Shown here: positions 39,790 through 46,347 of the stretch, piece by piece
Layout: every line of letters begins with the position of its first letter
How positions within the stretch are numbered: the first letter of the stretch is position 1
DNA from: Candidatus Limnocylindrus sp.
Lineage (GTDB): Bacteria > Chloroflexota > Limnocylindria > Limnocylindrales > Limnocylindraceae
Direction: 5' to 3' (one strand)
Assembly (NCBI GenBank): GCA_040397215.1
Contig: JBBAWK010000004.1
Length of the DNA stretch: 64,000 bases
Made by a program: the position numbers and the translations under genes
The notes under the pieces: generated by a model
What the model was told of the DNA's origin: nothing
The model's input: only the letters and a program-made list of their open reading frames with translations
Databases searched by the model: none

Positions 39790-41067
39790 ATGAGCACCAC
39801 CCCAGTACGAACCGATGCCCAGCGCGCGGTCATCACCGGCTACGGCGCCATCACGCCAATCGGCAATAGCGCCGGCGAGTACTGGGAGAGCCTGATCGCA
39901 GGACGCTCAGGTGCAGGCCTCATCACCCACTTCGACGCCTCACCAAACGACGTGCGCATCGCCGCCGAGGTGAAGGGCTTCGATCCGCTCCTCACCATGG
40001 ATATGAAGATGGCGCGCCGCATGAGCCGCTTCGTGCAGTTCGCGATCGCCGCCGCGACCGAAGCCATCGAACATGCTGGCCTCGCCGACATCGCCAGCTG
40101 GGAGCCGGAGCGCCGCGACCGCGTCGCCACGGTCATCAACACCGGCGGTGGTGGCATCGAGCAGGTCACCATGGGGAGCGATGCGTATCGCGAGAAGGGT
40201 GGCCGCTTCGTGAGCGCCTTCGCCATTCCCGCCCTCAGCCCAAGCATGGGCGCCTGCATGGTCAGCATGAAGTACGGCCTCACCGGCGCCGCGATCACGC
40301 AGGCCGCCGCCTGCGCCACGGGCGTGCTCGCCTTTCAAGATGCACTCCGCCTGATCCGCAGCGGCGAGGCCGACGTGGTCGTTGCCGGCGGCGTCGAGGC
40401 ACCACTCCTGCCGATGGCCTTCGCCGCCCTCAGCAACATGGGCGCCCTCAGCAAGCGCAACGATGACCCAACGCACGCCAGCCGACCGTTCGACAAGAAC
40501 CGCGACGGCTTCGTCTTCGGCGAGGGTGGCGCAGTCTTCGTGGTCGAGTCGCTCGCCCACGCCAAGGCGCGCGGCGCCACGATTCGCGCCGAGCTGCTCG
40601 GTGCCGGTGCAACCGCCGACGCATTCCATATCAGCGCCCCGGAGCCAACCGGCCGCGGCGCGGCAGGCTCCATGACCAAGGCGATCCTCGATGGCGGCGC
40701 CGTGATCGACGATATCAGCTACATCGTGGCGCACGGCACCAGCACCCCACTCAACGACCTCACCGAGACGAAGGCGATCAAGCGCGCCCTTGGCGATCAC
40801 GCCTACAAGATTCCGATCAGCTCCCCAAAGAGCATGGTCGGCCACCTCTTGGGTGGCGCTGGCGCCGTTGCCGGGCTCGCCGCCATCAAGGCAATCGAGA
40901 CGGGCACCGTGCCACCAACGATCAACCTCGACACCCCAGACCCAGAGTGCGACCTCGACTATGTGCCGCACACCGCGCGCACGAATCAGCCAGTGGACCG
41001 CGTGCTGATCAACGGATTTGGCTTCGGTGGCCAGAACGCCTCAGCGCTCTTCGGGAAGCTCCGCTAG
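39790..41067 (+). CDS. fabF: Beta-ketoacyl-ACP synthase II (copy 2)
   Basis: AACATG, HGTST, KSMVGHLLG, NGFGFGGQN. Confidence 0.92.
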   Translation: MSTTPVRTDAQRAVITGYGAITPIGNSAGEYWESLIAGRSGAGLITHFDASPNDVRIAAEVKGFDPLLTMDMKMARRMSRFVQFAIAAATEAIEHAGLADIASWEPERRDRVATVINTGGGGIEQVTMGSDAYREKGGRFVSAFAIPALSPSMGACMVSMKYGLTGAAITQAAACATGVLAFQDALRLIRSGEADVVVAGGVEAPLLPMAFAALSNMGALSKRNDDPTHASRPFDKNRDGFVFGEGGAVFVVESLAHAKARGATIRAELLGAGATADAFHISAPEPTGRGAAGSMTKAILDGGAVIDDISYIVAHGTSTPLNDLTETKAIKRALGDHAYKIPISSPKSMVGHLLGGAGAVAGLAAIKAIETGTVPPTINLDTPDPECDLDYVPHTARTNQPVDRVLINGFGFGGQNASALFGKLR

Positions 41068-41112
41068 TAACTCACCACACAACAGAGCGGCCTTTTAAGC
41101 ACGCGGGAAACA

Positions 41113-41149
41113 GTTCGGCCCGACCCGCACGAGGCGGATCGGGCCGAAC
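41113..41149. terminator. Hairpin terminator between fabF and RCC1 gene 1
   Basis: GTTCGGCCCGA...TCGGGCCGAAC stem, followed by UGUUU on the minus strand. Confidence 0.75.
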
Positions 41150-41167
41150 GATTGAACTAGCTAACCG

Positions 41168-42193
41168 TTACTGCACAGCCACCGGGACTGAGCTGTCGGT
41201 CGGGCCTTGGCCGTTGCCAAGGTTGCCGTTGCCGTTATCGCCCCAACAATAGATTGTGCCCCTATCGGTGAGCGCACAGATATGGTAGTCCCCTGTCGTA
41301 TAGGAGACCGCCCCACGCACCGCCATCGTCTGCGGAGTGAAATTTCGCCAAGGGGTTGCTGAGACGCTTTCTGGGAACATCCCATCAGAGGTGTACCCCA
41401 CGCACTGCATCTTCCCGGAACTCATCCCGTAGCACTGCGAGAATGACTCGGGGCTACTGCCAGCAATTGAGGTGTATTTCGCGCCACCCATGGCGAGGGT
41501 CGGAACGGAGGAATTAGTAAAATTGCCGTTCCCGAAGGTGCCGTAAAAGTTTTCGCCCCAGCCGTAGGCTTTTCCTTGTGTCGATAGGGCGCTAGTGTGA
41601 CCGAAACCGAGCGAGAGATCCCTGAACTTCAGGCCGCCGGCAACGGCGACAGGCACCGAGCTGTCATCGAGTTCTGCATCATTATCGCCGAGTTGTCCAT
41701 ATTGGTTCCGGCCCCAGCAATAGGCACGCCCCTGGGCAGTAAGGCCGCAGCTGTGTTGGCCGCCTACCTCAAGGCTCGCGAACTTCAGGCCGCCAGCAAC
41801 GGCGACGGGGACAGAACTTTCAGAATCTGGATCTTCGAGGGCTGAGCCATTGCCGAGCGCACCGTAAGGGCCATCTCCCCAGCAGTAGGCTTGACCATTA
41901 GTGGTGAGGCCGCAGGTGTGAGACTCGCCCGCCCCAATGCTCGCGAACTTCAGGCCTCCGGCGACAGCGACGGGGGTCAAGACATGTGCACTCGTTGACC
42001 CGTTGCCAAGCTCGCCCCGGTTATTGTGACCCCAGCAGTAGGCGTCTCCTCGCGCGGTCAGCGCGCAAGAGAATTGAAAGCCCACTGAAAGCGCCACATA
42101 GCGCCGACTGGCGGCATCAGCAGAAGTCGCGCCAGCCGCGACAAGGGTGAGGACCGCGAGCAGCGTGACGCTGCGGGTCAGTAAGGTACGCAT
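41168..42193 (-). CDS. Secreted RCC1/BLIP-II repeat beta-propeller protein (1)
   Basis: Signal peptide MRTLLTRSVTLLAVLTLVAAG; repeated HxCxLTxxGxAYCWGxNxxGQLG...PVAVAGGLKF; SD AGGAGG. Confidence 0.88.
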   Translation of the reverse strand: MRTLLTRSVTLLAVLTLVAAGATSADAASRRYVALSVGFQFSCALTARGDAYCWGHNNRGELGNGSTSAHVLTPVAVAGGLKFASIGAGESHTCGLTTNGQAYCWGDGPYGALGNGSALEDPDSESSVPVAVAGGLKFASLEVGGQHSCGLTAQGRAYCWGRNQYGQLGDNDAELDDSSVPVAVAGGLKFRDLSLGFGHTSALSTQGKAYGWGENFYGTFGNGNFTNSSVPTLAMGGAKYTSIAGSSPESFSQCYGMSSGKMQCVGYTSDGMFPESVSATPWRNFTPQTMAVRGAVSYTTGDYHICALTDRGTIYCWGDNGNGNLGNGQGPTDSSVPVAVQ

Positions 42194-42346
42194 TCGTTCG
42201 CCTCCTGGCGAACCCGGCGGGCGGAGGTCCGCTACTTGCTGGAACCTGGCGGCAACGTGCCCCTTACGGTCCAGCGTGCGTGAAGGGCACCAGATGTGAG
42301 GGAGTCTCCCAATGGGGTTGCGACGCGGGTGGGGGAGATACCCCAA

Positions 42347-42418
42347 GACCGCGTGCTGATCAACGGCTTCGGCTTCGGCGGCCAGAACGCCTCTGCGCTA
42401 TTCGGAAAGCTTCGCTAA
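42347..42418 (+). pseudogene. fabF: Duplicated 3' end of fabF (last 23 codons plus stop)
   Basis: Encodes DRVLINGFGFGGQNASALFGKLR*, identical in protein to 40996-41067, with 8 third-position differences. Confidence 0.92.
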
Positions 42419-42511
42419 TAAGCCACGGCGCAACAGAGCAACCCCTGTGCACACACCGCCACGTCGTCACGCATAACGTTTCGAACTTCTCGACGCGGAA
42501 CACAGTAAACA

Positions 42512-42548
42512 GTTCGGCCCGACCCGCACAAGGCGAATCGGGCCGAAC
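42512..42548. terminator. Hairpin terminator downstream of RCC1 gene 2 (paralog of 41113-41149)
   Basis: Same GTTCGGCCCGA...TCGGGCCGAAC stem, with 2 substitutions in the upper part. Confidence 0.75.
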
Positions 42549-42566
42549 GAGTTAACCATCTAGCCG

Positions 42567-43811
42567 CTATTGCACAGCCTGCGGACCCTTCTCGTCGGAG
42601 GCGTCCGTGGTGCCATCTCCGAGCTGACCGTCGTTGTTGTAGCCCCAGCAGTAGGCCTTGCCTCGTGCCGTGAGGGCACAGGTGTGGGACTCCCCGCCCC
42701 GAACGCTGGCAAACTTGAGTCCACCAATCACCGCCTGTGGGCCGTTCTCATCGGAGTCGTTCGTGGTGCCATCACCGAGCTGACCGTCGACGTTGTAGCC
42801 CCAGCAGTAGGCGCGTCCCTTTGCGGTAAGAGCACAAGTGTGAGATTCGCCAGGGTTGATGCTGGCAAAGCGTAGTCCACCGATGACCGCCTGTGGGCCG
42901 TTCTCATGCGAGTCGTTCGTGGTGCCATCACCGAGCTGACCGTCTTCGTTGTCTCCCCAGCAGTAGGCCTCACCATTCACAGTCAAGGCGCAGGTGAAAT
43001 TGTGTCCCCCGTCACGGCTCACGTTCAGACTGGCGAACGTATGGTTGCCAATCACTTTCTGCGGGCCGTTCTCATACGAGTCGTTCGTGGTGCCATCACC
43101 GAGCTCACCCTGGCTGTTTGCGCCCCAGCAGTAGGCCTCACCATGTGCAGTCAAAGCGCAGGCATGATCGTCGCCGGCGCTGATGCTGACAAACTTGAGT
43201 CCGCCGATCACCGCCTGTGGGCCATTGACGCCGGATGCGGTCGTGGTGCCATCCCCAAGCCGACCGTCGCCGTCAGCACCGCCGTTAGCACCCCAACAGT
43301 ACGCCTTACCCCGCGCTGTGACGGCGCAGGTAAACAGATCGCCGGCGCTGATGCTGACAAACTTGAGTCCGCCGATCACCGCCTGTGGGCCATTGACGCC
43401 GGATGCGGTCGTGGTGCCATCCCCAAGCCGACCGTCGCCGTTAGCACCGCCGTTAGCACCCCAACAGTAGGCGCGCCCTTTGGTGGTCAGAGCGCACGTG
43501 TGGTCTTGGCCGGCACTGATGCTGGCAAACTTGAGTCCACCGATCACCGCCTGCGGGCCGTTCTCAAGGGAGTTGTTCAAGGTGCCATCACCAAGGGCGC
43601 CAGCCGGAACCATAACGAAGTCGCCATTGTAAGAACCTTGAGATCCCCAGCAGTAGGCCTGGCCTCGTGCCGTGAGGGCACAGGTGTGGTCTCCGCTAGT
43701 CGTGATTTGCACATAACGATTGCCACTTGCGGCAACAGCAGAAGTCGAGCCCGCCGCGACAAGGGTGAGGACCGCGAGCAGCGTGACGCTGCGGGTCAGT
43801 AAGGTACGCAT
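42567..43811 (-). CDS. Secreted RCC1/BLIP-II repeat beta-propeller protein (2)
   Basis: Same signal peptide; seven repeats of CALTxxGxAYCWG...LGDGTT...GPQAVIGGLKF. Confidence 0.9.
   Translation of the reverse strand: MRTLLTRSVTLLAVLTLVAAGSTSAVAASGNRYVQITTSGDHTCALTARGQAYCWGSQGSYNGDFVMVPAGALGDGTLNNSLENGPQAVIGGLKFASISAGQDHTCALTTKGRAYCWGANGGANGDGRLGDGTTTASGVNGPQAVIGGLKFVSISAGDLFTCAVTARGKAYCWGANGGADGDGRLGDGTTTASGVNGPQAVIGGLKFVSISAGDDHACALTAHGEAYCWGANSQGELGDGTTNDSYENGPQKVIGNHTFASLNVSRDGGHNFTCALTVNGEAYCWGDNEDGQLGDGTTNDSHENGPQAVIGGLRFASINPGESHTCALTAKGRAYCWGYNVDGQLGDGTTNDSDENGPQAVIGGLKFASVRGGESHTCALTARGKAYCWGYNNDGQLGDGTTDASDEKGPQAVQ
43171..43469. repeat. Near-perfect internal direct repeat (131 bp, period 168 bp) in RCC1 gene 2
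   Basis: 43171-43301 versus 43339-43469 differ at one position by my reading. Confidence 0.85.
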
Positions 43812-43994
43812 TCGTTCGCCTCCTGGCGAACCCGGCGGGCGGAGGTCCGCTTACTGCTGTGACCTAGTGGCAACTTGCCCCTTCACGATCCAGCGTAGTG
43901 GGAAGGTACCAAATGTGAGGGAATCTTCCAATAGGGCTCCGACACGGGTGGAGGAGATACCCCAAGACCGCGGGCGGCGCCGCCCTCGGACACG

Positions 43995-44292
43995 CTAAGC
44001 GGTGAGCCTCAAGCGCCGAAGGCGCAGGGCGTTTGTTACCACAGTGACGCTGGAAAGGTCCATGGCGGCGGCCAAAACAGGACCCAATCCAATGCCGAAG
44101 GCCGGGAGGGCGAGGCCCGCGGCGAGTGGCACGAGGAGGATGTTGTAACCAAAGGCCCAGCCAAGGTTCTGCTTGATGATGCGCGTGGTGGCACGCGCGA
44201 GATCAACAAGGAGCGGCACGCCGCGCGAGTCTGCGCCGCTCATCGTTGCAGCTGTCGCGTCGATGGGGATCTCGGTGCCCCCACCTATAGAT
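43995..44292 (-). pseudogene. copA: Decaying duplicate of the copA 3' end
   Basis: Encodes GTEI...SGADSRGVPLLVDLARATTRIIKQNLGWAFGYNILLVPLAAG...SSVTVVTNALRLRRL, matching copA ~46370-46662; small indels; no 5' part. Confidence 0.9.
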
Positions 44293-44315
44293 CGGCTGTG
44301 ATTGCACCTTCCAAA

Positions 44316-45524
44316 CTACGCCGGCAGTTGCTGCCGCCATGAAGAGAAACTCCGAACTGATCCTGCAGCCGGCAGCCTCAGCCATGGATATGGGTGCACC
44401 TCAGCGAGTGACGTGAACTTCCTAAACGAAGGAACGGGCGCAAAGGTCACGGCTACCGAGTGCTCCTGTGCAAACTGATAGGGATCACCGATGTATGCCT
44501 CTACACCTCGCTGCGCACTGAGCTCGCCAAGGGCCTGCAGATAGAAACCAATTCGCCGCGCGCTCAGCTGTAGCTTCCTCAGCGCACTCTCATTGAAGAC
44601 AAAGAGCGCGGGCAAGGTTGGATTGGCCACAAGCGCTGGATCCTGCAGTCCGAGAGAGTCAATCGTCAGGAGCACATGCGTTGCGGGGCGTTGGATTCTG
44701 GGCGTGATCGGCCCAGTGGTGCGCTGCACGTCAGGGTCGTTGTCGAGCTGCGAATCTCGCTCGAGCTGTTCTAGTTGGACCTCGCGCGGGAATTCCTCGA
44801 TCGGGCAGTTGGCCTTGAGCGGACATCGTGAACAGATGCCTGGCGCTCGCTTGTCCACCTGCCACTTTGCAAAGCCGTAGGGCTTACCAGTGCCTGCACC
44901 GACCGTCCACTGCCATCCAAGCAGGTTGGCGGCCCTGGAGCCATCGATGAGCTCTTGGTGCATGCGCTCCTGGCCCGAGATCCAGCCAACACCATTGCGA
45001 ACCGTCCAATGGGATGCCAGCCACATGCGAGTCTGATTGACGAGCCAGCCATCCCCCTCGAGCTCAGAGACAACTTCGTCGATGCAGAGCATCTCCCGAT
45101 TCCAGCCGTTCCCCTCGCCACTCCAGTTGGCGGCAAAGCGCAGGTTCTCGAAGAGGCGCACTCCAATGCGGGCGTAGAGGTGCCGCGCATACTCCTGCCA
45201 CCAGAGCTCATCGCGAAACTTCTCACGATCTTTGGCTGGTGCACCCTGTACGGCGTCATAGACCTGGCGCAGCGTGATCATGTTGTGACGAATGTATGGA
45301 GAGAGCACGCTCGCGCCTCGATTCGCCCGTGGAAGCACTTGCGAGCGGCGGTCGGCGTACCCCCTGATATCAAGCTGCTGGAGCGCCCTGTCGGCCGCCT
45401 GTTGCCCGCCGCTGATTGAGCTCAGGCCAAGCGTCCCTGAATAGAGGCCCTCGAAGTGTTCGGCCAGTAGTTTGAGGGGGTCCTCGGTCGCATCGATCTT
45501 CTTTAGGCCGAGGGGGGTCACCAT
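44316..45524 (-). CDS. Photolyase/cryptochrome family protein with an N-terminal FAD-binding domain (NewPHL-like topology)
   Basis: YADRR, SVLSPYIRH, KFRDELWWQEY, GWLVNQTRMWLASHW, LIDGSRAANLLGWQW; C-terminal alpha/beta domain; start overlaps or abuts the SDR stop (45521/45524). Confidence 0.82.
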   Translation of the reverse strand: MVTPLGLKKIDATEDPLKLLAEHFEGLYSGTLGLSSISGGQQAADRALQQLDIRGYADRRSQVLPRANRGASVLSPYIRHNMITLRQVYDAVQGAPAKDREKFRDELWWQEYARHLYARIGVRLFENLRFAANWSGEGNGWNREMLCIDEVVSELEGDGWLVNQTRMWLASHWTVRNGVGWISGQERMHQELIDGSRAANLLGWQWTVGAGTGKPYGFAKWQVDKRAPGICSRCPLKANCPIEEFPREVQLEQLERDSQLDNDPDVQRTTGPITPRIQRPATHVLLTIDSLGLQDPALVANPTLPALFVFNESALRKLQLSARRIGFYLQALGELSAQRGVEAYIGDPYQFAQEHSVAVTFAPVPSFRKFTSLAEVHPYPWLRLPAAGSVRSFSSWRQQLPA

Positions 45525-46234
45525 GGGATTACCTGGCGCTCCTCCCACAGCACTCCGGTCAACCTCTCTTGATCGGACGCGCCATCACTGTTGAACGGTC
45601 GGGTTGCCAACCAGATCGCCGTATCTGCGCCCTCTTCGGCAGAGAGTGGTGCAGTTGGCCCGCCCATATCGGTTCGGGAGTGATTCGGGCAGACAGCGTC
45701 GATCAGGAAGCCGCGCTTGCCATGGAGCGTTTCATGCGCAAGGTTGCGCACGAGTGCATTGACCCCCGCCTTGCTCACACGGTACGGCACCAATCCCCCT
45801 GCATTGCCTGGTCCTGACATGCGACCAAGACACGCCGAGAAGACAACCACTCGCCCCTGGCGCGCCTCAGCCATTGGCTTCGCAAGAATATTGAGTGTAC
45901 AAAAGACAGAATCCAAATTAATTGAGAGCACTCGGCGCCACTCGCTAGTGTTGGTGGCAAAGGTTTTGGAGGACTTTTCACTCATCACCCCGTGCGCAAG
46001 GATCAGAACGTCGGGGGCACCGCGCGTGGCGAGGATCGCCGTGAATGCTTGCTCGGTAGCCTGGAGATCCGCGAGGTCCACACTCTGGTACTCACACCCT
46101 AGGCTTTGGGCAGCTGCGGCCAGGCGCGGTTCATCCTTTGCGAGCAGCAACACCGTTTGGCCGTTCGCCCGCAGCGCCTTGGCGCACTCAAAACCAAGAC
46201 CTCGAGAGCCCCCCGTGATCAGGGTGTATCCCAT
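45518..46234 (-). CDS. Short-chain dehydrogenase/reductase
   Basis: TGGSRGLG, YRVSK, RTDMGG...GADTAIWLA; SD AAGGAGG. Confidence 0.88.
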   Translation of the reverse strand: MGYTLITGGSRGLGFECAKALRANGQTVLLLAKDEPRLAAAAQSLGCEYQSVDLADLQATEQAFTAILATRGAPDVLILAHGVMSEKSSKTFATNTSEWRRVLSINLDSVFCTLNILAKPMAEARQGRVVVFSACLGRMSGPGNAGGLVPYRVSKAGVNALVRNLAHETLHGKRGFLIDAVCPNHSRTDMGGPTAPLSAEEGADTAIWLATRPFNSDGASDQERLTGVLWEERQVIPW

Positions 46235-46347
46235 GGCGGAGAACCTCCTTGCTTTGACTCGGCTGTCACGTGCACCTGCGGCAGAGACGACAGTTTGCCG
46301 ACCAAACTTGCGCCAATCAGTAACTCGAGAAATCCTAGCAGGGGGTG

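Larger units (their letters stand above)
40996..43972. repeat. Tandem array of two diverged cassettes (fabF tail + terminator + RCC1 gene + leader) bounded by GACCGCG
   Basis: GACCGCG at 40996, 42347 and 43966; unit 1 = 40996-42346, unit 2 = 42347-43965; both have the same element order. Confidence 0.85.

Noticed and set aside
41168-43811. Diversity-generating retroelement explanation for the RCC1 repeats
   Set aside because: No reverse transcriptase in the window; the repeats are in-frame propeller blades, and differences are not adenine-specific
43995-44243. 82 aa ORF as an independent small membrane protein
   Set aside because: Its ATG corresponds to an internal CTG of copA and homology extends upstream with indels, so it is treated as a remnant
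46235-46347. c-di-GMP-I-like riboswitch upstream of the SDR (GGCAAAC; possible UCGGC/GCCGA stem)
   Set aside because: Lacks the GNRA loop and GACGCAAAG elements; pairing is not beyond chance by eye; an Rfam scan would settle it
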